From positions 35,361 to 99,360 of IMG/VR virus record IMGVR_UViG_3300028888_000084: a stretch of DNA of 64,000 bases; one strand, given 5' to 3'. The position numbers and the translations under genes are program-made. The DNA comes from a virus (lineage: Duplodnaviria > Caudoviricetes). The notes under the pieces are model-generated. The model was given only the letters and a program-made list of their open reading frames with translations, did not search any database and was not told where the DNA came from. Numbering within the stretch: position 1 is the stretch's first letter; the number at the start of each line of letters is the position of its first letter. This document shows positions 19,030 through 28,776 of this stretch, piece after piece.

Positions 19030-20835
19030 TTAAGACATTATAACAACTCTATAAGCATTTGAAGCTGGTGCTGTAGCAAATGTTATAGTTACTGTATTTG
19101 TTGTTGCCATAACTACATCAGCCATAACAACTTCGTATGTTGTGTTATCCATTATTTGAACAATTACATCTCTTGTACCAAGATTATGTGTTAATGTATA
19201 TGTTGTAGCTGTTCCATTTCCAACATTGTTAGCATACTTACGTGTTACGATTACTACATTTCCACTAGCGTCTGTTTCAACATTTTTATTTGCAGCAGAT
19301 GATCCTTGTGCTTTAGCTAAATATGTTGCACTTAAATCTGGAATATCACTAGCAGTTAAATCTGCACCACCAGTTACCAATCCCTTAGCATCATATGTTA
19401 TTTTTGTTTTTGTTGCCCCGGTAATAGCTGTATTTGCAGCTACAGCTCCAATATTTGCTGGTGTTATATTAACTTGACCAATACGATATGTAGATTCTTT
19501 ATCACCTTTTACACCAGTTACAGCATCAGTATTATCAACCTTATCCCAACCAGCTGTACCGTTAGATATACACCAGTCACCAACTTTAAATTCAATACCA
19601 GCTACTGTTCCGTTTGCAGAAGCTATAAAATAATAACCTCTATATTTAGTAGCATTATTTGTTGCTATTGTTAATGATGTAACTTCAGTTCCATCAATAT
19701 CTACTAATTTACCATCAACTAAAGTACAAACACCACTTGCATTAAATGTTCCACCATATTTAACATTTCCCAATAATCCATCAGGAATTTGTGATTGTGT
19801 AAGTTTCCCAGAATTATTTAATGTGGCGACACCATTGTTAGCTCCCTTTTCAGTAGTAACAATATAAGTATCGCTTAAGTCTGGTATATCAGTTGCGGCT
19901 AAGTCGGCACCAGATGTAACAAGACCATTTTTATCATATGTTATTTTAGTCTTTGTAGCACCTGTTATAGCTGCATTTTTATCTAATTTATTATTCAACT
20001 GTGTTTGAACATTACTTTCAATTCCATCTAATTGATTTACTTCTTCCGCTGCTACAGTAACATCAGAAATTTTTGATAAAGGAATGGCTGGAATGTCTGT
20101 TGCAGCTAAATCAGCACCAGCTGTTACTAAACCTTTAGCATCATAAGTGATCTTGGTATGTGTTGCACCAGTAATTGCTGTGTTCTTAGCAACGTAAGTA
20201 GCACTTAAATCAGGAATGTCGCTTGCTGTTAAATCTGCACCCGATGTAACAAGTCCGTTCTCATCATAAGTAATTTTAGTCTTTGTAGCGCCAGTAATTG
20301 GTGTACCTAAACTCGAAGGTTTATCTTGTATTTCAGACCATGTAGCTGCATTGGTTGAAACAACACCTGTAGAAGAATCAATTGTTAAACCAGCACCAAT
20401 CTTGATTCCACCAAGCACTGTTGAACTTGCCTGTGGAATATTAGCCGATATTACATTATTTGTAATATCAATGTTTGTTCCAGGTGTCAAAGTATCTTGC
20501 TTACCATTAATATCACCTTGTAACGTTGATACATCTTCTTCTAAATCATCAATTCTGCTTGTAAAATCAGTATCTAACGTTAAAGTTCCATCGTTTCCTA
20601 CAGATAAATTTGAACCAACTTTAATTCCACCAAGTACATTATCTGTTGCAGGTTGTAATTCAAATGTGTTAGTTACCCATGTTTCGCCTGTCCAAATATA
20701 CTCCTTTTCATCTGCTGTATTGTAATAAATTTGTCCAACACTTGGATTTGCTGGTGCAGTCGCACGATTTTCGATTCTAGCGTTCAAAAGCTGTTGACCA
20801 CTTAAATCAATGTCGGTTAAAAATTTCTTTGCCAT
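19030..20835 (-). CDS. Fibre/whisker protein with internal repeats
   Basis: Four ITGATKTKITYDxxGLVTxGADL repeats, LGGIK repeats and a C-terminal THNLGT domain. Confidence 0.7.
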   Translation of the reverse strand: MAKKFLTDIDLSGQQLLNARIENRATAPANPSVGQIYYNTADEKEYIWTGETWVTNTFELQPATDNVLGGIKVGSNLSVGNDGTLTLDTDFTSRIDDLEEDVSTLQGDINGKQDTLTPGTNIDITNNVISANIPQASSTVLGGIKIGAGLTIDSSTGVVSTNAATWSEIQDKPSSLGTPITGATKTKITYDENGLVTSGADLTASDIPDLSATYVAKNTAITGATHTKITYDAKGLVTAGADLAATDIPAIPLSKISDVTVAAEEVNQLDGIESNVQTQLNNKLDKNAAITGATKTKITYDKNGLVTSGADLAATDIPDLSDTYIVTTEKGANNGVATLNNSGKLTQSQIPDGLLGNVKYGGTFNASGVCTLVDGKLVDIDGTEVTSLTIATNNATKYRGYYFIASANGTVAGIEFKVGDWCISNGTAGWDKVDNTDAVTGVKGDKESTYRIGQVNITPANIGAVAANTAITGATKTKITYDAKGLVTGGADLTASDIPDLSATYLAKAQGSSAANKNVETDASGNVVIVTRKYANNVGNGTATTYTLTHNLGTRDVIVQIMDNTTYEVVMADVVMATTNTVTITFATAPASNAYRVVIMS

Positions 20836-20857
20836 ATTTTATTCCCCCTATTTTAAA

Positions 20858-21682
20858 TTAATTCAAAGATGCTTTCCCACGCATTGGTTGGTTAAAGCAT
20901 AATTTAACTTGATTTGAATTAATATAATATACATCAGCTATTACAGCTTTTCCGTCATCATCAATTATAACAACTGACGGATATTTATTCATATTATGTG
21001 TTATGTTCCATGTATCAGATTCAACACTTTGTGTGTGAATATAAGTTTTATCTCCTGTAAGATTAAGCTCCGCACTTGTTTTGTTTCCTATTAATTCTAT
21101 GCCATTTATACTTGGTAAATTAATTAAATTTTCATAATTATTTGTTCCAAAACCACCACCGACAGCACTTAATATGCCATCTTCAGTTATAATTAAATTT
21201 TCTCCTACTTTTATACCACCAAGTATATCTGATGTAGCGACTGGTAAAACATAAGGATCGTCACCGCCACCACCACCGCCGCCACTATTTTTTTTTATTT
21301 CTATGATATTTAATGACTTAGCAAATAGTGATAAGTCGCCACCAGAGATAGATGTTATTTCAAATTTAACAGCAAACAGTCCAGATACAAGACATACATA
21401 ATTTCCTTCTTCTGTTATAGACGTAGATTCTGATTTGTCTATATCATTTATTATTTTTAATGTTTTGTATTCCATTCCACTTGCTACGCAGCCCAATACG
21501 TTTATAGAAAAACTAGCCGTACTATCAATTTGAAATTTCAATAATTCTCCATTACCTATTGACATAGGATCAGATAACATTGCAGTAGTTGCTTTATTAA
21601 ACACCATTTTACTGTTATAGCATCTACTCAACAAAATCACTCCTCTGTTTTTTTTGCCACCACTAATAGTGGTGGCAAACAT
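20858..21682 (-). CDS. Fibre-associated structural protein
   Basis: Poly-Gly linker, LPVAT..LGGIKVG motif and C-terminal WNITHNMNKYPSV domain; true start may be at MVFNK. Confidence 0.55.
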   Translation of the reverse strand: MFATTISGGKKNRGVILLSRCYNSKMVFNKATTAMLSDPMSIGNGELLKFQIDSTASFSINVLGCVASGMEYKTLKIINDIDKSESTSITEEGNYVCLVSGLFAVKFEITSISGGDLSLFAKSLNIIEIKKNSGGGGGGGDDPYVLPVATSDILGGIKVGENLIITEDGILSAVGGGFGTNNYENLINLPSINGIELIGNKTSAELNLTGDKTYIHTQSVESDTWNITHNMNKYPSVVIIDDDGKAVIADVYYINSNQVKLCFNQPMRGKASLN

Positions 21683-21687
21683 TTATT

Positions 21688-24600
21688 TTACTTTCTTTTA
21701 CTTGTTTTTTGTATTGCTTTATTTTTAAGAGTTCTAAATGAATTTATAAATTCTTCAGCATTATTTGCATTAACTGTTATTCCGCTAATATTAAATATTT
21801 CATTATATCCGTTATTATATAATGATGATACGTCTGGTGTAGAAAGTGAATTTATAAATGAAGCTGGATCTTGTGCAAATTTCATTAATGTTTGTGTTTC
21901 TGGATTAGGTACTACCCCACTTCCTTTTGGAAGTAACCTTAATTCAGCACCTTCTTCGCCTACTAATGCAATATTATCATCGGTAGTTCCTTCTGTACCA
22001 GAAGCGTATCCAAGTACCTTGCTGACAACTGATTTGGCGGCATTTTTAACAACACTAGGTAACGAAGAAGAATTGATAACACTTTTAGCAACTTTACTTA
22101 TCGTTTCTTTACTAGAACTACTGCTAGAACCACTTGATTTACTACTTGATGAACTTGACTTACTACTAGAAGAACTAGATCCGCCACCAGAACTACTTCC
22201 AGAAGACATATCTACGGCTTTAGCTTGATAATTGCCTGCTTCACCACCAGTAATAGTCCATGCACCAGATTTATTCACTATAGTACTACCTACAGGAACA
22301 TTATCCGTTACTTTATTACTTGAATTTACATTAACGGCAACAGATTGACCATTAGGTAATATAGCCCATGTTTGACCGCTATTACCTATCATAGATTGTG
22401 CTTGTCTTACTTCTGATGCTAAGTTGCCACTAGCAGTATATTGATTACCCTTTTGTGTGCTTGTAAATGATTCAGAATCACTGCTATACTTCATATCGTA
22501 AATTCCACTATTAATCATTTGCTGTGATTGTGCTACTTTCATAGCAGCTTTTGCATAAGATTCAGCATACTTATCTATTAAATCAGTTCTTTGCTGTAAA
22601 ATACTCTTTTCATCGGCATAGCCCTCATACATCAAGGCAGTTAATCTTGTTTGTTCCTTATTATATGCATTTACAGTTTCGTTCCATTTATTCTTATATT
22701 CTTCCCACGACTTAATTTCTTCGTCTATAGCATCTATACGTTTTTCTTTTTCTACTTCCGCCGTATAATCATCTATATCTTTTTGTGCAGCATTTACAGC
22801 AGTTTGATCTTCTTCATAAACAAATCCCTGACCTTTACGATATATAAGAACTTTGTTACGTTTTGCTTCCGCTAATTTCTTTTCAAGTTCAGCAAGTTGT
22901 ATAGCTCTTTCACGTTCTTTATTATCTTTTTCTAATTCTTCTCTATCTTCTTGTAAAGATTTAATTCTGTCATCTATAATGTTATTAACATAATCAAGAT
23001 AAGCCTCGTGAACGTCTAAATCTTGTTCTGCTATAGATTTTGCTGTATCGTAAATTTTTCTTGCTAATTGTTCTTGTTCATTTGCAAATTTTTCAGCTAT
23101 AGCAGTATTTTGACCATAAATCTTTTCCATCATAGTCTGTTCTTCTGCTAAATAACTTAATTTTTGCTGTAAAGACCACTTATTATAGTAATCCATTTCA
23201 TCTATGTAATTTTCGTGTAATTGTAACCAATTTTCATATTCACTTTCTATAGCTTGTGTTTGTAATTTATAAATTTCGTCACTTCCGCTTAAAAATTGGT
23301 CTTTAAAAAGATCACTATATAATTGACCATTCGGTGAAGCACTAGTTTTACCTTCAAATTCATTATTGTAGCCATAATATCTATCTACAAGTTTTCTGTA
23401 AGCCTCTAAATATTGTTGATCGTTGATTAATTTTTTTTCTAATTGTCTTTTTAATTCTTTTAATTCATCATTATATGCTTGTGTCCATAGATTTTTACGA
23501 CCTTTATATATTTCTTCTAAATATTTTTTGTATTCTTCTTCATAATCTTTTCTATTGGCAAAATATTTGTTGTTTAATTCTTCTAATCTGTCATAATAAT
23601 CCTTTTCAACAATATAATCCATGTCAAGCTGATGTTTTAAGTCATTATAAAATGAATCAAATTGTTTTTTCCATTTATCTTCAGAAGAAGATGTAGAAGA
23701 TGTTGAACCTGTTCCTGTTCCAGAACCACCTCCGAGAACATCTGAAGCCAACTTTGCAGCAGCATCTGTTAGTTCTTTAGCAGCAGTATCAGAATTTTTT
23801 CTAATAGCAGCTGCGCTTTTACCTAAATTCGTTTCCTGATGATATTCACCAGGTTGACCTACATTAGGATTGTCTTTGTGATGCCATAAATTACCTTCTT
23901 TATCTAGATAAATCGAATCTTGACCTTGTGTTGCATCCGACATCCAAGGTAAATCTAAAAACGAATTCATCGCTTCTAACCATGCTGCCTGTGCTTTTCC
24001 GGAATACGTTATAGCATCCGCAGCCATTTTCATGTTAGATATCTTAAATCTAGCAGCATTTGCGTCATATTCCACACCTAATTGTGCAAATAATGTTTTA
24101 TTTGTATTATATACATTGGTCTTAAAATCTGTAGTACTTGTATAAGCATTACGTAACTCTTCTTTATATTTATCATAAAGACCATTTTGCTTATTTTTTA
24201 ATATTTGATATAATTCTTGTTCATCTATTAAACCAGATAAATATTTTGTTAATTCCAATGATAATTCTGGATATTCTTTTATTAATTCATCAAGTTGTGA
24301 TTTTGTTAATTCGTTACCAGATGCCAAAGAATCCATTATGTCGCCCAATCCATTTATTTTATCCAATGTATCAGACATGGTTCCTAAAGCACTAGATAAA
24401 TCTAATGCATCGTCAGCGGCTTTATCTGATTCTTCGCCTATATTCTTTATTTCGTTTACAACTTGTTCTACTTCTTCTTTTGTTAATTTATATTCATCTT
24501 GAAGTTTTGCAAGTTTTTCAACCATTGTATCCGTATTTAAACCTTTTTCAATGGCTTCACCTAGCCACTTTTGGTCGCCAGTAGTTATTAATTCTTTAAA

Positions 24601-27600
24601 TATATCTTTATTTGTTTTCACATATTCTTTGGCTATATCACGAAAATATCCAGCTACGGCTTTATTTCCTTCCTTTTCTGCTTTCACCGCCGCTTCTTCT
24701 GCTTTTTGTATTAAATAATTATAAGATTCATCAATGGTTTTTTTATCTCCACTTAATTTGGCTTCTCTATATTTATCTTCTGCATCTTGCACTTCAGATA
24801 ATTCGTTTGTATAAGAAGATTTAACTTGTAATTCTGTTCCTTCTTTTATAATTCTAAGGCGTTCATTATACTTATCTTGATCACCTATTGCTATTTTTAA
24901 TGCATTATCAATATCACTCAAATGTTTTGCAAAATTATCATCATTCAACAATTCTCTGTGAATACTTTGATATTCTATAAGTTTATCTTTTAATTTTTGT
25001 AGATTATCTATTTGTTCATTTCTACTTTTAGCTGTATTGTTGAACTGTGTTCCATCTGTAGACCATACCGATTTAAACCCAGATTCTTCAGCCATTTGTA
25101 AAACATCTTTTCTTACTTGATCATTTGAAAATTTAGCGCTTATACGACCTGCAATCAATGGTGTGCCATTAAGCCAGTTTTCTGCATTATGATATGCTGT
25201 TTCAATTTCACCCCATGATTTTAATGCCCTTTTAGAATCTAATTCATCTATTTTTTTTATTTGTTCACTAATACTGTCTGTTACAGTATCAATAGCACCC
25301 TTTTCCATGCCGTATTTTGTTACTAATGTGTCTTCTATTTCAATTAATCTTTGTCTTGCTAAATACGAATCTGTTATTGAACTATTTGAATCATCATAAG
25401 TTTTTCTTAAATCTGATATTTCTTTTTTTATATTTTCTAATTCTTCGTTTTCTTCTTTAAGTGTATCTATCGAATCTATCGCTTTTGAACGTAATTCATC
25501 TTGTTGTTTATTATAGTAATTTATACCAAGCGATACTACACCAAAAATTAACGCTATGCCACCCAAAGCTGCTTGTAACGCCGTGATAGCACCAGCTGCT
25601 GTCATTCCAGATGTAGTTAAAGAATTTAACGTAACAGATCCACTTGCAACACCGCTTACAAATGATGGTATACCTTTTATCATAGCCCACATGTTTCCTA
25701 AAAGTGTCACAAACGCTACACTTAATTTTGAGAAATAAGGCAAAACAAATTTTATTCCTTGTAAAACTATTATTCCACGAACAAATCCATTATTTAATAA
25801 ACCTACTAATTGTGTTAATATGTCTACTAATCCTTTAAGAACAGCATTTGAATGCAAGGAAAGTAAAAATTTCTCCCATTCTGCTTTAAGTTTATTTAAA
25901 GATGCTTCTAAGCCTTGGTTATATGCTTCCATTCTTTTTTCTGCTGTTCCAGATGCGTTCAATGCTACTTCGTTTGCTTCAAGAACACGATTCCAGTTTG
26001 TTAAAATAACGATACCGTTTTCACGTTGTCTTGTACCAAACATAGCTGTAGCAATAGCATTTTGTTCTAGGTCATTTAATTCATTAAATCGTTGACCTAC
26101 TTCACCCATTACATCATCATAATCACGCCATGCGCCAGTATTATCACGTAATGCTATTCCTAATTTATTAAGAACACGTTCAATATCGTTTATTCCCTCA
26201 ACTTCTTCAGGATGTTCGGCATCTTCAAATTTATTTATTTTAACATTACCAAATCTTGCATACATTGTCTTCATTGCTTCACCGACAACTTGTGCGGATT
26301 TCTTTGTTGTTTCACCTACAATAGAAATTGTTGCCATAAGCTGCGACATGTCAGAACCAGCCATTTTAGCTGATGCTGCGGTTCTTGACATAGCCTCCAT
26401 TATGTAACCAGAAGATACAGAATATTTCATGTCCAATTCTGTAGCCATATCTATAATTTTAGATACGTCTTCTACTGCAACCCCATATCCCTTCATGGCT
26501 GATATCATATAATCAGTTGCTTCGGCTGAATCAATCATACCTAATGTTGATAATGTTAATGATTGCTTGATTAACTCATTTGATTCTTCGGCACTAAAGC
26601 CCATTCTTAAAAATTCATTGGCTGCATTTGCAACTACACCTGTAGTTCTACCCATGTCTTTAGCCATCTGATTATATGTCATTAACATTTCGTTGGTTTG
26701 TGCTCTTGTATTTCCAGTAACTATTTGTAAATCAACCAATGTTTTATCTAATTCTTTTATTGTATCTATAGATTGCCTTAATTGTTGTATAGCAGCATTT
26801 ACTGCTTGAAATGCCAACGCAGCTGGTGTTAATGCAGATATAGCACTTTTAAATCCACCTTGCAATTGTTGCAAAAACGAAAGCTGTTGCGTTCCTTTAG
26901 CATTTATTGCATCAATAGATGATGCGTATTTTTTGTTTTCAATTTCTGCCGCAGCCTCTACTTGATTAACACTTGTTAATTCTTGTGCTACTTGCCTTTT
27001 TTGTTCTACATCCCTTTGTTGTGCAGCTTCCACATCTTTCAAGCTAGATATGTATTTACGCATTTCTTCTTCATTATATTTACCAGATTCCATATCTGTT
27101 TCTGCTTGCTTTATTTTTAATTGTGTATCATGAAGTTTAGCAAGTGCATTTACATAATCGTTTATAGATTTAGTTTGTTTTCTTGTTTCTTCGGCGTCAG
27201 CTCTTTTTGTTCCGTTTATATCATTAAGTTCAACATCTAACGCATTTAATTTTTCTTTTATATTTTCAACTGCTGACATATATTCTAGATCATCAGTTAT
27301 ATTGTTGAGATCTTCATACGCATCTTTTACTTGGTTTATAGTGTTTTTAAGCACTATAAATTTTTCACTCGCTTCATCTAGTCTTAAATTCTTTAAATTG
27401 TTAGCAGTTGTTTGTATTTTTTTACCTAAATCATCTATTCCTTCTAATGATATGTTTTGATCCCAATTTATTTTAATGCCATGACCCTTACCAAAAGTTT
27501 TATTAAGTTCCGTTTTTAATGATTTCTCAATTTGTTGTGCTATTTTTTTTGCATTTTGATTGTTAAAATCAAACTTTAAGTCAATTTTATTTATGTTTTT

Positions 27601-27702
27601 ATTCGATTCTACTGCTTTTATCGCATCTTTAACCTTTTCTTGTACTTGTTTTTCATCTATATCTGCACCTATAAGAATATTAAATTGATCAAGATTTGAC
27701 AT
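21688..27702 (-). CDS. Tail tape measure protein
   Basis: 2004 aa, coiled-coil, TP901-type core, hydrophobic segments and C-terminal GYASGT..VGEEGAEL. Confidence 0.92.
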   Translation of the reverse strand: MSNLDQFNILIGADIDEKQVQEKVKDAIKAVESNKNINKIDLKFDFNNQNAKKIAQQIEKSLKTELNKTFGKGHGIKINWDQNISLEGIDDLGKKIQTTANNLKNLRLDEASEKFIVLKNTINQVKDAYEDLNNITDDLEYMSAVENIKEKLNALDVELNDINGTKRADAEETRKQTKSINDYVNALAKLHDTQLKIKQAETDMESGKYNEEEMRKYISSLKDVEAAQQRDVEQKRQVAQELTSVNQVEAAAEIENKKYASSIDAINAKGTQQLSFLQQLQGGFKSAISALTPAALAFQAVNAAIQQLRQSIDTIKELDKTLVDLQIVTGNTRAQTNEMLMTYNQMAKDMGRTTGVVANAANEFLRMGFSAEESNELIKQSLTLSTLGMIDSAEATDYMISAMKGYGVAVEDVSKIIDMATELDMKYSVSSGYIMEAMSRTAASAKMAGSDMSQLMATISIVGETTKKSAQVVGEAMKTMYARFGNVKINKFEDAEHPEEVEGINDIERVLNKLGIALRDNTGAWRDYDDVMGEVGQRFNELNDLEQNAIATAMFGTRQRENGIVILTNWNRVLEANEVALNASGTAEKRMEAYNQGLEASLNKLKAEWEKFLLSLHSNAVLKGLVDILTQLVGLLNNGFVRGIIVLQGIKFVLPYFSKLSVAFVTLLGNMWAMIKGIPSFVSGVASGSVTLNSLTTSGMTAAGAITALQAALGGIALIFGVVSLGINYYNKQQDELRSKAIDSIDTLKEENEELENIKKEISDLRKTYDDSNSSITDSYLARQRLIEIEDTLVTKYGMEKGAIDTVTDSISEQIKKIDELDSKRALKSWGEIETAYHNAENWLNGTPLIAGRISAKFSNDQVRKDVLQMAEESGFKSVWSTDGTQFNNTAKSRNEQIDNLQKLKDKLIEYQSIHRELLNDDNFAKHLSDIDNALKIAIGDQDKYNERLRIIKEGTELQVKSSYTNELSEVQDAEDKYREAKLSGDKKTIDESYNYLIQKAEEAAVKAEKEGNKAVAGYFRDIAKEYVKTNKDIFKELITTGDQKWLGEAIEKGLNTDTMVEKLAKLQDEYKLTKEEVEQVVNEIKNIGEESDKAADDALDLSSALGTMSDTLDKINGLGDIMDSLASGNELTKSQLDELIKEYPELSLELTKYLSGLIDEQELYQILKNKQNGLYDKYKEELRNAYTSTTDFKTNVYNTNKTLFAQLGVEYDANAARFKISNMKMAADAITYSGKAQAAWLEAMNSFLDLPWMSDATQGQDSIYLDKEGNLWHHKDNPNVGQPGEYHQETNLGKSAAAIRKNSDTAAKELTDAAAKLASDVLGGGSGTGTGSTSSTSSSEDKWKKQFDSFYNDLKHQLDMDYIVEKDYYDRLEELNNKYFANRKDYEEEYKKYLEEIYKGRKNLWTQAYNDELKELKRQLEKKLINDQQYLEAYRKLVDRYYGYNNEFEGKTSASPNGQLYSDLFKDQFLSGSDEIYKLQTQAIESEYENWLQLHENYIDEMDYYNKWSLQQKLSYLAEEQTMMEKIYGQNTAIAEKFANEQEQLARKIYDTAKSIAEQDLDVHEAYLDYVNNIIDDRIKSLQEDREELEKDNKERERAIQLAELEKKLAEAKRNKVLIYRKGQGFVYEEDQTAVNAAQKDIDDYTAEVEKEKRIDAIDEEIKSWEEYKNKWNETVNAYNKEQTRLTALMYEGYADEKSILQQRTDLIDKYAESYAKAAMKVAQSQQMINSGIYDMKYSSDSESFTSTQKGNQYTASGNLASEVRQAQSMIGNSGQTWAILPNGQSVAVNVNSSNKVTDNVPVGSTIVNKSGAWTITGGEAGNYQAKAVDMSSGSSSGGGSSSSSSKSSSSSSKSSGSSSSSSKETISKVAKSVINSSSLPSVVKNAAKSVVSKVLGYASGTEGTTDDNIALVGEEGAELRLLPKGSGVVPNPETQTLMKFAQDPASFINSLSTPDVSSLYNNGYNEIFNISGITVNANNAEEFINSFRTLKNKAIQKTSKRK

Positions 27703-27720
27703 TCTACATTTTCACCACCT

Positions 27721-28257
27721 TTAGTATCTTATTTTTACTATTTTTTGTACTGATTTTGAAAAACTATCATTTGATTGCATAGATGATAATTTATCAATAA
27801 CAGCTTGTAACCATTGTTTTGTTTCACGTATCATATGTGCACCCTCACGTTTTTCTTCTTTATGTGGAATGGCATGACCTTCTTCTAACCATTCTATTAA
27901 TTGACCTACAGGTATTTTGTCGAAATTAAAGTCGGCATGTGCATTAAACATCCTGCTATTTTCTTCAAAATCACTACGTGAACGACCTCTATTTGTAATT
28001 CTTGATTTCTTTATCTTTCTACCATCAAAAAGAACCTTATATCTTTTTGTTGCTGCTGAAAAATTGACTGATATGGATTGTAAAACCTCACCTGTTCTAA
28101 TATAATAGTCGCCTTCAGACATATTTTCATATAAATTTCTTTTGGTAGATCCATATAAATAAGCTGCGGTGGCAATAGCTAACGACTTTCCTCCTTGCTC
28201 AATATCTGATTTTAGTTCAGATAAAAGTTCACGCATATTAATACATCTTCTAGCCAT
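27721..28257 (-). CDS. Putative tail completion/neck protein
   Basis: YIRTG and WLEEGH motifs; upstream of the tape measure gene. Confidence 0.45.
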   Translation of the reverse strand: MARRCINMRELLSELKSDIEQGGKSLAIATAAYLYGSTKRNLYENMSEGDYYIRTGEVLQSISVNFSAATKRYKVLFDGRKIKKSRITNRGRSRSDFEENSRMFNAHADFNFDKIPVGQLIEWLEEGHAIPHKEEKREGAHMIRETKQWLQAVIDKLSSMQSNDSFSKSVQKIVKIRY

Positions 28258-28281
28258 ATCCTATACCACCTCCATAATATT

Positions 28282-28614
28282 TTATTCTTGTTTAGTAATA
28301 ATATCCATAATACTTGATATTCTTGGATCATTAAAGTTTATAACTTGTGCCAATTCATCTAATGTTTCTTTATTTTCGCTTAAATAATTCGTAACTTCGC
28401 CCATTTGTTGTGCCAAATCAGGAAGTTCGTCTACTTTTTTATCTAAATATTTTGTTATATCAACACGTTGTGCAAAAAATAAAGCTAATGGTATCAATTC
28501 TTCATCAACTTCTGCAACTTTATTATATAACTCAATAATATTTTCATCTTGAATATATTTTGTTAAAATTGGTTCTAAAACCTCATTTGCATACTCATCT
28601 GTTATTTTTTTCAT
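28282..28614 (-). CDS. Hypothetical protein (possible tail assembly chaperone)
   Basis: Helical acidic protein with a good SD, ahead of the tape measure gene. Confidence 0.45.
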   Translation of the reverse strand: MKKITDEYANEVLEPILTKYIQDENIIELYNKVAEVDEELIPLALFFAQRVDITKYLDKKVDELPDLAQQMGEVTNYLSENKETLDELAQVINFNDPRISSIMDIITKQE

Positions 28615-28710
28615 AAAATTTCACCTTTTCCTTTCATTCCTTAAAAAATCAAAATTTATAAAATTTTCGAGCCCTGTAAGTGGCTCCAGCAACCAAAAAA
28701 TTTTTCAAAT

Positions 28711-28737
28711 TTCACCATAAAAATTATATTTTATGGA
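28711..28737. repeat. ATAAAA-N6-TTTTAT palindromic site (copy B)
   Basis: CCATAAAA-attata-TTTTATGG with 8-bp perfect arms. Confidence 0.6.
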
Positions 28738-28747
28738 AATTAGTTAA

Positions 28748-28776
28748 AAAAGGAACGACTAAAAGTCGTTCCTTTT
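28748..28776 (-). terminator. Intrinsic terminator after endolysin
   Basis: AAAAGGAACGACT-3-AGTCGTTCCTTTT. Confidence 0.75.

Noticed and set aside
12077-20835. Diversity-generating retroelement or shufflon acting on the fibres
   Set aside because: No reverse transcriptase, no adenine-specific TR/VR pair and no inverted fibre cassettes seen in the window.
22105-22210. Ser/Gly low-complexity tract in the tape measure gene as a phase-variable repeat
   Set aside because: Codons are mixed and in frame; it looks like an ordinary flexible linker.
27721-28614. Programmed frameshift of tail assembly chaperones
   Set aside because: Each ORF has its own SD, and I found no convincing slippery site joining them.
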